From: Candidatus Gottesmanbacteria bacterium
Lineage (GTDB): Bacteria > Patescibacteriota > Microgenomatia > 2-02-FULL-39-11
Direction of reading: 5' to 3'
Length of the DNA: 64,000 nucleotides
NCBI GenBank assembly: GCA_016186795.1
Contig: JACPKY010000002.1
Location: 26,593 to 90,592 of the forward strand
Shown one piece after another: positions 8,394 through 17,461 of this stretch (its first letter is position 1; the number at the start of each line of letters is the position of its first letter). The notes beneath the pieces were generated by a model. The model was not told where the DNA came from, did not search any database, and worked only from the letters and a program-made list of their open reading frames with translations. The translations under genes were made by a program, and so were the position numbers.

Positions 8394-8435
8394 TTGACAT
8401 CGGGCGATTCCCTGTTATAATCTTGTTATAACAAG
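8394..8435 (+). promoter_or_regulatory. Sigma70 promoter and palindromic operator of the AbrB-Doc TA operon
   Basis: TTGACA 8394-8399, TG-n-TATAAT 8413-8421, perfect palindrome CTTGTTATAACAAG 8422-8435. Confidence 0.7.
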
Positions 8436-8469
8436 GGTATTTATGAACAGTTTCTAATGGAGGTGAGGT

Positions 8470-8715
8470 ATGATTCAAAAAATTATTAAAGTAGGAAATA
8501 GCGTTGCGGTGACGTTGCCAAATACATTCATTCAAGATACTGGCTTGAAGGCTGGTGATACGATTGCGGTAGAAACGTATCCTCAAAGAAAAATGGTCCT
8601 TATCAAACCTACGTCGGAAAAGAATCAAATGAGCTTGTCTCCGGAGTTTTTCTCGTGGCTTGAGAAAATAAGCAAGAAATACGAAAAAACAATAAAAGCC
8701 TTGGCGCGTGTATGA
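8470..8715 (+). CDS. AbrB/MazE-family antitoxin
   Basis: KIIKVGNSVAVTLP motif; overlaps the start of the doc gene. Confidence 0.9.
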   Translation: MIQKIIKVGNSVAVTLPNTFIQDTGLKAGDTIAVETYPQRKMVLIKPTSEKNQMSLSPEFFSWLEKISKKYEKTIKALARV

Positions 8716-9098
8716 TCTACCTCGAGATAGATGAAGTCATTGCGATCCATGAGAAGATGCTAGAAATTGGAGGAGGACGAGAGGGAATAAGGGATTTTAC
8801 CCTGATTCACTCGGCAGTTGCCAGGCCGAAGGCAACATTTGCTGGAAAGCTTCTGTATCCAACTATTTGGCTTCAAGCTGCAGCACTGATCCAATCACTT
8901 ATTCGCAATCATCCATTCGATGATGGCAATAAACGCACAGGATTTTTTTCTACATTACGGTTTCTGGATCTTAATGGGTACGATATCAACGCAACAGAAG
9001 CTGAGATTATTTCCTTTGCCAGAAATGTTGACGTAAAGCGTCTTCCGATTGAAGATATCGCCTCGTTTCTCAAAAAGCACGCGAAGCGGTTAAAATAG
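8712..9098 (+). CDS. doc: Death-on-curing (Doc/Fic family) toxin
   Basis: HPFDDGNKRTG Fic/Doc motif, GIRD..LIHSAVARP. Confidence 0.92.
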   Translation: MIYLEIDEVIAIHEKMLEIGGGREGIRDFTLIHSAVARPKATFAGKLLYPTIWLQAAALIQSLIRNHPFDDGNKRTGFFSTLRFLDLNGYDINATEAEIISFARNVDVKRLPIEDIASFLKKHAKRLK

Positions 9099-9121
9099 TG
9101 AATTTCTGGTAGAATATCTTT

Positions 9122-9358
9122 ATGGTGTGGGATTACGATGAAGCAAAACTGAAACGGACAAAAGCAGGGAAGATATTTCTTCTTGAGAGAAGTATCAATT
9201 ATGGACAGAGGAGCAGGAAGAAAATTCAACTCCGGGAAGTGAAAAAATATTGGGATAAATTACATCTTTTTCCATTACAGAAGCGTCTGTTTGAGCTTTT
9301 CATATGGGGAAAATACCGCTCCTCTCCAAAGAGCAAGAAATCATTTTGGATGAGGTAA
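9122..9358 (+). CDS. Small protein of the type found upstream of AbiEii-like nucleotidyltransferases (DUF6922-like putative antitoxin)
   Basis: MVWDYD...LLERSINYG pattern; overlaps a toxin-like start at 9304. Confidence 0.6.
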   Translation: MVWDYDEAKLKRTKAGKIFLLERSINYGQRSRKKIQLREVKKYWDKLHLFPLQKRLFELFIWGKYRSSPKSKKSFWMR

Positions 9359-9420
9359 GAAAACACCCATTCCTCCTTATGTCGTCATTCTTCGAGCAAG
9401 CGAAGCGAGTCGAGAAGTAG
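9304..9420 (+). pseudogene. Probable truncated AbiEii/AbiGii-type nucleotidyltransferase toxin
   Basis: MGKIPLLSKEQEIILDEVRKHPFL resembles the N-terminus of such toxins but stops before the FTGGTAL motif, running into a palindromic repeat at ~9384-9418. Confidence 0.5.
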
Positions 9421-9510
9421 TTGATGAAATTGAGGACAACACATTCGACGGGTTGGTTTTCGGCTGATGCGCCGAATGTGTTGTCGCTCAGTCGTTCAGA
9501 GATCAAAGGG

Positions 9511-9756
9511 TTAGCTCGAAAGCCGCGCGAGCATGTTTTTTACATCTTGCGATTGGCGTGCGGGGACGCCCAACTGCTCGAGGCGCACTTTGGAAAGCCC
9601 CGCCAGTTGCTCAGGTGTTTGAGCGACTCTGTGAATTTGCGAAACTGCATGGTCGGTAAGTCCGGGTAGGAGTTTTCGGAGTTGATCATATCCAACCCGG
9701 TTATTTTTGTGCGCGGCATTTTGCTGATCGCGCACATCGAGTTGTGAACGTTGCAT
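9511..9756 (-). CDS. Hypothetical protein (81 aa) with an HhH-like C-terminus
   Basis: SD AAGGAG before ATG 9756; LAGLSKVRLEQLGV motif. Confidence 0.55.
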   Translation of the reverse strand: MQRSQLDVRDQQNAAHKNNRVGYDQLRKLLPGLTDHAVSQIHRVAQTPEQLAGLSKVRLEQLGVPARQSQDVKNMLARLSS

Positions 9757-9791
9757 AGTTCTCTCCTTACAATTCAGACTTGGAATTTGAA

Positions 9792-10235
9792 CTACTTGCC
9801 GCCGAACGCCTGGTGGAGCGCATTGCGCGCCCCGAGGGCATCGAGCTGATTGACACCAAGTTGTTCGATTTGCTCGGCTGTAATCGCGGCGAGTGCGGTG
9901 CGCGTGTTTGCTTTTCGCCACAGCGCGCGGATTTGCGGCTCATCGAGGTATAGCGAGACGACTTTTTGCACCTCTTCAAACGGAACAATTTTCTCCGCCT
10001 TTCGAGGTGTCTCGACGGCAAAGATCGTAATTGTTTTTCCGTTCCAGGTACCCGAACCGCGTCTTCCCGAAAGCTGAATTATCCTGCCAGCGCTGTACTT
10101 TTTCCGTCCACGATATCCGGCGCTCTTCCCGAGCCATTCGGAGATGATAACGGTCGCCGATGCTCCATTGATTCGTACGATTTCGTAGTTTTGGGCATCA
10201 TCTCCTATGCCAATAATGAGTTGTTGTCCTTGCAT
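9792..10235 (-). CDS. Hypothetical protein (147 aa) with an HhH-like C-terminus
   Basis: SD GGAG; LAAITAEQIEQLGV motif; middle gene of a 3-gene unit. Confidence 0.6.
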   Translation of the reverse strand: MQGQQLIIGIGDDAQNYEIVRINGASATVIISEWLGKSAGYRGRKKYSAGRIIQLSGRRGSGTWNGKTITIFAVETPRKAEKIVPFEEVQKVVSLYLDEPQIRALWRKANTRTALAAITAEQIEQLGVNQLDALGARNALHQAFGGK

Positions 10236-10250
10236 GATTTTCTCTCCGTG

Positions 10251-10493
10251 TCAAGCCCGGTCCGCGGCGTACACGTCCACCAAAACTTCCGCTGCACCGA
10301 ATTTGAGCTGCCCCATAAATCTCTTGAGTCGGAACTGGGTGCCGGCGCCCCAATTCGGCTCGCCAAGGAATCCGTCGCTCGTCCCCTCTATTTTCTGGAC
10401 TGTGACGACGGATCCAATTTTGATCGCCCCCGTGACCTGGACAAAGACCGCTGCCCCAGGTGATCCGAGAGCAATTAACATTGTGCCTGCCAT
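10251..10493 (-). CDS. Hypothetical protein (80 aa)
   Basis: SD AGGAGGAG before the ATG; first gene of the 3-gene unit. Confidence 0.55.
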   Translation of the reverse strand: MAGTMLIALGSPGAAVFVQVTGAIKIGSVVTVQKIEGTSDGFLGEPNWGAGTQFRLKRFMGQLKFGAAEVLVDVYAADRA

Positions 10494-11049
10494 GGCTCCT
10501 CCTATCTTATCGGCCAGACCCGAGTCTTCGGATCTAGCGAATTGACACTTTCGGTACGATCTGTTTAGGCTATGCTATTTTTCCTCCTTTCAATTGACGG
10601 GTCAGTCATGGAAAGAAACATTCTTTCCACAATATACCCGTCAATTTTTCTGAACGACTTGTTAAAGTACTTTTTCATTCCAACACAAATCTCCACGCAG
10701 AACGTGGTTATGTAGTGGGCATGAAATTTTTCTTTATGGTCATAATCTTTTTTCCAGACAATCCCGAGCATGTCGAAGGATTATCTGGTTTTCTTAATTC
10801 CTAACGTATTCGAAACTAGGAAAAACAGGGGTAGGAAAATTAGAAAAGTGATGACGACACGATTGCGTCTGATAAATGGATATCACCACGTTCCTTTTTT
10901 CCCTTTCTTTTAGGACCCCCCCTTTGGCCCTATGTAGAAAGCCCAGTCATCCGACAAAGGCTAACTACCTACGAAACTAAATATCAAAGGATAGATGGAT
11001 AAGGACAAAATGTTGTCCAAGACCTTTTGGGAGTTGGACAACATTTCTG

Positions 11050-11244
11050 CTATTTTGGGAGTGGGAGCAGGACCCACCCAACTGCGCTTATCAGGACAAT
11101 TGTGAGTACAACGACTACGGTCATCCTGATAAGGCGACCGTGTGAGAACCATAGCCAGAACCATTTGCCGGGATCCTCACCGTACACGACTTCTCCAGGA
11201 TCCCCGGAGACATGTGCACCTTGGGTTTGTGGATGCTTTGCCAT
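11050..11244 (-). CDS. Small single-pass membrane protein (64 aa)
   Basis: SD AAGGAGG before ATG 11244; C-terminal TM helix; 13-bp stem 11008-11046 downstream. Confidence 0.55.
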   Translation of the reverse strand: MAKHPQTQGAHVSGDPGEVVYGEDPGKWFWLWFSHGRLIRMTVVVVLTIVLISAVGWVLLPLPK

Positions 11245-11737
11245 ATTTCCTCCTTGAGAATTGAGTCTTTTCACTTGATCGATATCAAGTGAAAAGATTT
11301 ATGGCGAACTTGCGAGATTTTTTTCGATCGATTTTGTGCTTCTGTCCTCCTCCTTTCGGGTAAGTGATTGAATTTCCAATCCAAGCTAGCTAGGTTGATA
11401 CAAAATGCCCAAAATATATCAACAACATCTTGTGCCAACCTAGCTTTCCCGAAGGATTTTCTATCCTTTGACTTGTCAAAGAGCATTTTCCATTCCACCG
11501 CAAATCACCACGCAACCGTGGTTATGAGGCAGAATGAAATGTATTTTTCATCTGATCGTATTGTCAAAATCTAATGATGTTTTTTCAGTCTCGAAATTCT
11601 TCGAAACTCAAAGAACAAGGGAAAGGTGATGAGAAGAGGTGCCGTGAGGGCGGAGACTGCGCGGGGCGCAGAATCTATCGCGCATGCGCGACAGTCTCCG
11701 CCCTTTTGGCGTCATCACTTTACCCTCATTCTTTGGG

Positions 11738-13084
11738 TCACGGCCCGTGTCCCGGTTGCTGCCCGCTTTGGCCTGCGGCGGGCGGATGCCGGCGCTGGTT
11801 GAGCCGTTGCTCCATCTCCTCTAGCCGGTGCTCGATTTCTTCTCGAGCGATATCGGTTGCCTGCTGACCACCAAAGGTGGTGAAGATTACGACCACGAGC
11901 CAAATCGCCGCCAGTAGCAAGCAACCTGCCCACAGATATGGTAATAAAACCCATTTGTCTGTGGCTGTTACGAAAATGAGGCAACCCAAAGCCAAATACA
12001 TCGGAAACTCGATCCAGTCGGGGATTTTCTCCCGAATGAACCGAGTGTGCCGCCAAAGCTCGCGGAGAAGCCAGATCACGATCCACCCACCGATCAGAAT
12101 GACGATGCCCCAAAAGACATATGGGAGCAGATCTGCGACTTGTTTTGCCGCGTTGGCTGCGGTGCCGACTACCGGATTGATTTCTTTCGAATCGAAAGAG
12201 CCGCCGAAGCAGCTCCCCTGAACTTTCGTTTCATTCGAAAGAACCTTTAGATCAACCCAACCGGTTCCTGCCTTCAGATCGTATGAGACGCTGGTTCCGT
12301 CCGACGCAAGGTAAGTTCCCTTGCAGTCGGGAATTGGTGTTCCCGTGGGGATGGGCGTGTTGGTAGAGGGAACCGGCGTGTTGCTCGGCGGAGGCGTGTT
12401 GCTCGGCGGAGGCGTGCGCGTCGGCGGTATCGACGTTCGCGTCGGCGGGGGGGTCCGACTTGGACCGAACCGAAGGGCGTTGGCCTTAGCCTGGGCGGTT
12501 TGTTCTACGGCCGCGGCTTGTGCCTGGGCGACCATTTCGGTCGCTTTGGCGGCCACCGTCGCACCCCTCTGTACTGCGTTGGCCGTCGCCGTTGGCGGCG
12601 GCGTGGCCGTGCAACGGGGGCCTCCCTGGAGTAGGCACGGCTGGTTGGCACGAAGATTCGCCAACCGCTTGAAGTCGCCCACTGATTGGGCTATCCAAGT
12701 CGACCCATCGGCCATCGCGACCGACTCAACCCTCCCCGCGGGTTGAGAGTCGGCGACGACGCCGAGCATAATTAGCCCGCACAAGCAAAGCGCGAGAAGG
12801 CCTATAATTATTGCTACCCCCCAGCGCCCTAGGGCGTCGATGTGCCCCGTGTGCAGTAGCACATGAGGCTGCTCGGCGTGTCCTCCGTGTCCGTCGGCTG
12901 CGTGCGGTGCGGCTCGTCCGTGCTCGGCGGCGTGCTCGGGCGGCGGATCATCGTCAGTCTCTTCGTCTTCGCCACGGCGGCGGAAACCGGAGAGGAGGCG
13001 CCAGGCCAAAAAAATTACCACCGCCGCTGCGATGACCTGCCATGGAACTGGCAGGTCATTTAGGAAGGAGAGAATTCCTTCCAT
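11738..13084 (-). CDS. GC-rich multi-pass membrane protein with His-rich and Pro/Thr-rich segments
   Basis: Long ORF, about five TM helices, PPPSNT repeats; likely start MEGILSF after AAGGAAG. Confidence 0.75.
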   Translation of the reverse strand: MEGILSFLNDLPVPWQVIAAAVVIFLAWRLLSGFRRRGEDEETDDDPPPEHAAEHGRAAPHAADGHGGHAEQPHVLLHTGHIDALGRWGVAIIIGLLALCLCGLIMLGVVADSQPAGRVESVAMADGSTWIAQSVGDFKRLANLRANQPCLLQGGPRCTATPPPTATANAVQRGATVAAKATEMVAQAQAAAVEQTAQAKANALRFGPSRTPPPTRTSIPPTRTPPPSNTPPPSNTPVPSTNTPIPTGTPIPDCKGTYLASDGTSVSYDLKAGTGWVDLKVLSNETKVQGSCFGGSFDSKEINPVVGTAANAAKQVADLLPYVFWGIVILIGGWIVIWLLRELWRHTRFIREKIPDWIEFPMYLALGCLIFVTATDKWVLLPYLWAGCLLLAAIWLVVVIFTTFGGQQATDIAREEIEHRLEEMEQRLNQRRHPPAAGQSGQQPGHGP

Positions 13085-13271
13085 GGTTTTTCTTCCTTCT
13101 GACCCGCACTGGGTCATGCCTCTTTCGAGGATGACGGGGTGCGAATCACTTTACTTCTTTTTTTGATTTTGATAGACGTACTGCGCGACGGAGGCAAGTA
13201 TTTTGTCCCCATGGAGCAGTACTCTATCATAGATTAAATAATTTTTATCACCTTTCCCTATGTTAATGTGC

Positions 13272-13298
13272 AAAAAAAACTCCCTTGTGGGGAGTTCG
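13272..13298 (-). terminator. Intrinsic terminator of a putative attenuator
   Basis: Minus strand AACTCCC-CACAA-GGGAGTT ending in an 8-T run. Confidence 0.75.
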
Positions 13299-13320
13299 TG
13301 TGCGCAATGTTTCCTTATTC

Positions 13321-13395
13321 CTACGCTCCCGAACTCCTCGTTCGGATAACAAAAGAAATAGTAAGGATGATATTGGCGTCTTTGACAATGTTCAT
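13321..13395 (-). CDS. Putative Ile/Val-rich attenuator leader peptide MNIVKDANIILTISFVIRTRSSGA
   Basis: 24-codon ORF between a sigma70 promoter (TTGACA...TG-n-TATAAA, ~13409-13438) and a terminator, with an 8-bp antiterminator pairing. Confidence 0.55.
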   Translation of the reverse strand: MNIVKDANIILTISFVIRTRSSGA

Positions 13396-13448
13396 CGTAT
13401 AGAGAGAGTTTATATCATATCCTATAGTTGCGTGTCAAGTACGGGAAT

Positions 13449-13700
13449 CTACTTGTAGATTTCTCTGCGGTGGCCAATAGAGAGAATAATTATTGTGTTT
13501 CCCTTTATATCAAAGACTACTCGATAATCTCCTATGCGGTATCTATACATACCAATATCTGAATTTATAAGTTTTTCAGCAAAAAATAGAGGAGCCTTTG
13601 AGGAAGCAAAAAATTCGAGCTTATCGCTTATTCGTCTTTGGGTAGGTTTAGGAAGTCTTCGGAATTCTTTGAGCGAATGAGAATTGAATTCTATGACCAT
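13449..13700 (-). CDS. RelE/ParE-family toxin
   Basis: YRYRIGDYRVVF...IGHRREIY motif. Confidence 0.93.
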   Translation of the reverse strand: MVIEFNSHSLKEFRRLPKPTQRRISDKLEFFASSKAPLFFAEKLINSDIGMYRYRIGDYRVVFDIKGNTIIILSIGHRREIYK

Positions 13701-13982
13701 TTATAATCCAAGTTGTTTTTTTACCTCTTCCAAAGAGATAGTTTTTGTATCCTTCCGACTCTCTGCGATACGTGCGCGAAAGGTAGGAGAAGAGAGTGCT
13801 TCTATATCCTCTATAATACTTTGCCACATTTCATTTGGGATGAGTACGCCCAGTGGTTGGCCATTTTTCATGACGCGGTAAAACGAGGATGTTTTTTTTG
13901 CTTTTTCAAATAGTTTGGTCAAGCCCGCCTGGGCTTTCTGGATGTTGGTAAATTTTTCGTCACTGATAAGTTGTTGTATCAT
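13701..13982 (-). CDS. Phd/YefM-like antitoxin
   Basis: RVMKNGQPLGVLI and ISLEEVKKQLGL; directly upstream of relE; palindrome ATTATATAATTATATAAT (~13992-14009) in the promoter. Confidence 0.85.
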   Translation of the reverse strand: MIQQLISDEKFTNIQKAQAGLTKLFEKAKKTSSFYRVMKNGQPLGVLIPNEMWQSIIEDIEALSSPTFRARIAESRKDTKTISLEEVKKQLGL

Positions 13983-14041
13983 AATTACATGATTATATAA
14001 TTATATAATACTTCTGTAATATATGTCAAGTTTAAGGTGGA

Positions 14042-16432
14042 TTATCCCTTTTGAGGCGGATGATTTTGTGATATCTGAGGTTTGCGTGGGGGCTGTTGTG
14101 GAAGGCCAGTCAGTTTCGGCTTCAGAGGATTTTGGGCTATAGGATTGGGTTTTGGCTGTGGTGGTTGCGGTTTTTGACCAAGAGATGGTTTTAGTTGTGG
14201 TGTCTCTGCAACTGGTGCCTTAACTGGTGGCGCTTTTGGTTCCCACAGCTTACTATCCGGCTTTTTGGTGTAGCGTTCCTGGGAAAGTCGGAGAATCTTT
14301 TCTTTATTTTGGTTAATTGACCGTGGCAATGGCAAAGTTAAGGCATAAAAGGGAAGCGAGGTAAGGTTATCTATTGCCAATTTAATAATGACCTGATATG
14401 CACCCAGTGCAACTAAATCTTCTTCTTTGTACCACTGTCCGAACTCTCTTGATAGGGCATGGGCATCTTGTGCACCAATCACAAATGAGATAAGAGTACC
14501 CGCATTGCCAAAAATAGCTTTCTGGACTGTTTCATCGACCTGGCCGATATATTGATTGGCAAGGATAAGATCAAGGCGATATTTCCGCGCCTCAGAGAGA
14601 ATTTTGATAAAAGAAGTCGTGGCAAAGTTTTGGAACTCATCAACATAGAGGTAGAAATCGCGTCGCTGCGTCTCCATGACATTGACTCTGTTCATCGCAG
14701 CCAGCTGGATTTTGGTGATAAACATAGCTCCAAGTAGGGCCGCATTATCTTCTCCCAATTTTCCCTGGGCAAGGTTTAATATGAGGATTTTCCCCTGATC
14801 CATAATATCCTCTAGATCAATCGTTGATTGCGGGTGTCCGATAATTTGCCGGATTGTTGGGGATTGGACAAATTGTCCAACTTTATTTTGGATAGGGGCA
14901 ATCGCTTCACTTTTAAGCCTCGGGTGCATTTTCTCAAATTCGTTATGCCAGAAGTTTTGCAATATCCTATCCGGGACTTTCGTCAGCAGCTGTTGACGAA
15001 AATTTTGATCGGCAAGTAAATCAAGCGCCATAGGAAGTGTAGCATTGGGATACTCAAGAAGGGTGAGAACGACATTTCGAAGGATATACTCAAGTCGCGG
15101 TCCCCATGAATAGGCGTAGAGTTTGGAAAAAATTGACACAATTCCTGAGGCGACCAATTCCTTGTGAACAGGGTTTTTTATCTCCAAAGGATTTATCCAA
15201 AAAGGATGCTGTTGATCAAACGGCTCAAGGTAAATAACATCATTGAGCCGGTACGATGGAATATAGTTAAGAAGAATTTCGGATAAATCTCCGTGAGGAT
15301 CAATGACCGCTAGTCCTTCTCTATTTCGCATATCGTTTATGGCCATGTTTGCGATAAGAGTTGATTTACCGGTTCCCGTTTTTCCGATGATGTACATGTG
15401 TTTGCGCCTGTCCGGCCGTTTTATCCCAAAGGTCATCATCTGGTTTTTAAATTCAGATTTGGCGAAGAAATTTATTTCTTTTTTCTCTTCATCGGTAAGA
15501 TTTAAAGAAACCGGCAGATTTTGCGGCGGTTCTCCATGCATGTGTCTGCCCCAGGCGATATTCCGAATGCCAGCAAGAAGCATCGTTGGTGGATGCCAAA
15601 TGGTTGCCAGCTCAGCAGTATTCAAGATTTGGTTTCGCGGATAATGGCTTTTTTCCCGTTTGACAATACGGTTGAAGATCACTCGTTTCCAAAAAAATCT
15701 GGGTCTTCGAAGGACGAGCCGATTCCCTTCTCCCATGGCAAATGCGCCGAAAGCGCCTGCGACATTGGCCATAAGAGAAAGTGCATTGCTATGGGTATCG
15801 GCGCCAATAAGAAGTCGGATGTATGTTCGATATCCAGATTGATTTATTTTTTCCTCAATAAGTTGGGCGTGGGGGAACTGCTTGGTTTTCGTCGGTGCAG
15901 TAGGTGTTGGATCTGGAATTCCCCGTTCAATCATCCGGGCAGTATTTCCTTGCCAGTTAAAGTGCGGTGGTTCAATAATAATTTGAATAAGTCCGGATTG
16001 TTGAGGCGTAAATTTCGAAAGGACCCCAAGAATTGATGAGAGTGGATCAAGGTCTTTAAATTCCTCATGCCGTTTGATGGGGTAGTAGTATGGTGCTGCA
16101 AGCTGAAGATTGCCAACAGCCATATAGGGATTTTTGGCAATCTGCGGAACATAGTCATGTATTGGGGTAATAAGGAGTTTGTGGTACTGGGAGACCAGCT
16201 GACTTTCCATAAACGTCTGGAAGGATTTTGGCACAACAACACAAAAATGGATGGTCTGGTTGATATTGACGATTTCAAAAGAAAGTGTGCGGACTTTGAT
16301 CCACAGCCTCTTCCAATGGGGGATATGACCGCCGGGGAAGAGTGCTGAAAATACTTGCTGCATCGATGCGGGAGTCTCCTCGGCAGTTTTGGGGGAACGG
16401 ATTTCCAAGATGACTTTCTCTTCCTTTGCCAT
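14042..16432 (-). CDS. VirD4/TrwB/HerA-like P-loop ATPase (type IV coupling-protein-like, CPR-widespread family)
   Basis: Walker A GKTGTGKS, IDPHGDL, Walker B FYLYVDEFQNF, LSEARKYRL; Pro/Gln-rich tail. Confidence 0.9.
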   Translation of the reverse strand: MAKEEKVILEIRSPKTAEETPASMQQVFSALFPGGHIPHWKRLWIKVRTLSFEIVNINQTIHFCVVVPKSFQTFMESQLVSQYHKLLITPIHDYVPQIAKNPYMAVGNLQLAAPYYYPIKRHEEFKDLDPLSSILGVLSKFTPQQSGLIQIIIEPPHFNWQGNTARMIERGIPDPTPTAPTKTKQFPHAQLIEEKINQSGYRTYIRLLIGADTHSNALSLMANVAGAFGAFAMGEGNRLVLRRPRFFWKRVIFNRIVKREKSHYPRNQILNTAELATIWHPPTMLLAGIRNIAWGRHMHGEPPQNLPVSLNLTDEEKKEINFFAKSEFKNQMMTFGIKRPDRRKHMYIIGKTGTGKSTLIANMAINDMRNREGLAVIDPHGDLSEILLNYIPSYRLNDVIYLEPFDQQHPFWINPLEIKNPVHKELVASGIVSIFSKLYAYSWGPRLEYILRNVVLTLLEYPNATLPMALDLLADQNFRQQLLTKVPDRILQNFWHNEFEKMHPRLKSEAIAPIQNKVGQFVQSPTIRQIIGHPQSTIDLEDIMDQGKILILNLAQGKLGEDNAALLGAMFITKIQLAAMNRVNVMETQRRDFYLYVDEFQNFATTSFIKILSEARKYRLDLILANQYIGQVDETVQKAIFGNAGTLISFVIGAQDAHALSREFGQWYKEEDLVALGAYQVIIKLAIDNLTSLPFYALTLPLPRSINQNKEKILRLSQERYTKKPDSKLWEPKAPPVKAPVAETPQLKPSLGQKPQPPQPKPNPIAQNPLKPKLTGLPQQPPRKPQISQNHPPQKG

Positions 16433-16700
16433 AGATGTTTGTAGTATACGGTAAAGAGGGGAAAGTATAAAGGGAAAATAGATAAAAAGGTGTGTATCCT
16501 ATCGTTTGACCGTAGTAAATTGTTATGGTAGGATCCTGCCACCTGTCTACTTTTTTTGGCACATTGAAATTGCGGATTTGAAATTGTGGATTTATTTTAA
16601 GAAACGTTCTTTTTTTGGCCGTACGTACCATTTCGAAAGAAAACCAAATCCAGATCAACAGGGTTTTCTTTCCATATTGAGGTAGAGGAGGGTAATAATC

Positions 16701-16967
16701 ATGCCACAACGCGTTCCAGATCCAAAACTGGTAGAGAAGGTAGAACGCCTTCTTCGTCACTTTCCGGGCCCACCGATGATACATTCCAAAGTGGAATTTC
16801 ATGTTCCCAAAGATGACGCCGAATTATCTGTAGCGCTTGACACGATCAGGCAAAGATACGGTCTCGATTGGGGACATAATCGTGTGTGGTTTGAAACATC
16901 GCTGTTTGATGCGAACTTCCGGAAACAACCTGACACAGGTCAGTCATATATCGTGTGGAAAAAGTAA
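16701..16967 (+). CDS. Hypothetical protein (88 aa)
   Basis: Promoter TTGACC-17-TAGGAT (16506-16534), SD GAGGAGG, long hairpin downstream. Confidence 0.6.
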   Translation: MPQRVPDPKLVEKVERLLRHFPGPPMIHSKVEFHVPKDDAELSVALDTIRQRYGLDWGHNRVWFETSLFDANFRKQPDTGQSYIVWKK

Positions 16968-17177
16968 GGAGAAAAAACCAAAAAAAATCTAATACAATCC
17001 GCAGATCAGGTTTGTGCACATGGCACAGGTAGACTCGCGTTTCCGCGATTATCTTTGAGTCTACCTGTGCCATTATTATTATTGATTCTGGGCGGGTTTT
17101 GGTTTTTTGCTTGCCCGTCGTCCGGGCCCGTTTTTACCAAACCAAGCTCCACATGTATACGACTCCTCTTTAATATT

Positions 17178-17216
17178 GTCATTCTGATCCTGAGCGAAGT
17201 CGAAGGAGAAGAATCC
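17178..17216. repeat. REP-like palindromic element GTCATTCTGA-[TCCTGAGCGAAGTCGAAGGA]-GAAGAATCC with a nested unit
   Basis: Read directly; outer arms match 1703-1737. Confidence 0.7.
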
Positions 17217-17461
17217 CCTCTATACTATAGGATTGACTTTTTAACTGTCCCCACGTATACTTTCACACTATTACGCAAGGATTTCCGTCAAAAGTTTAAT
17301 TGCAAACTTTACAACGGAAATTTTATTGCGGATTGCACATTAATAATCCTTGAGAACAAACCCTTCGAATTGGGAACAGTGGAAGTACAAAAAACTTATT
17401 TCCAGCGTTCCCAATTCGAAATAGGGGAGGGGAAAATATCATGTCAAAAGGAGATACGAAC

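Noticed and set aside
9757-9921. N-terminal extension of the 136-aa ORF 9511-9921
   Set aside because: It overlaps the upstream gene; the SD-supported start is at 9756.
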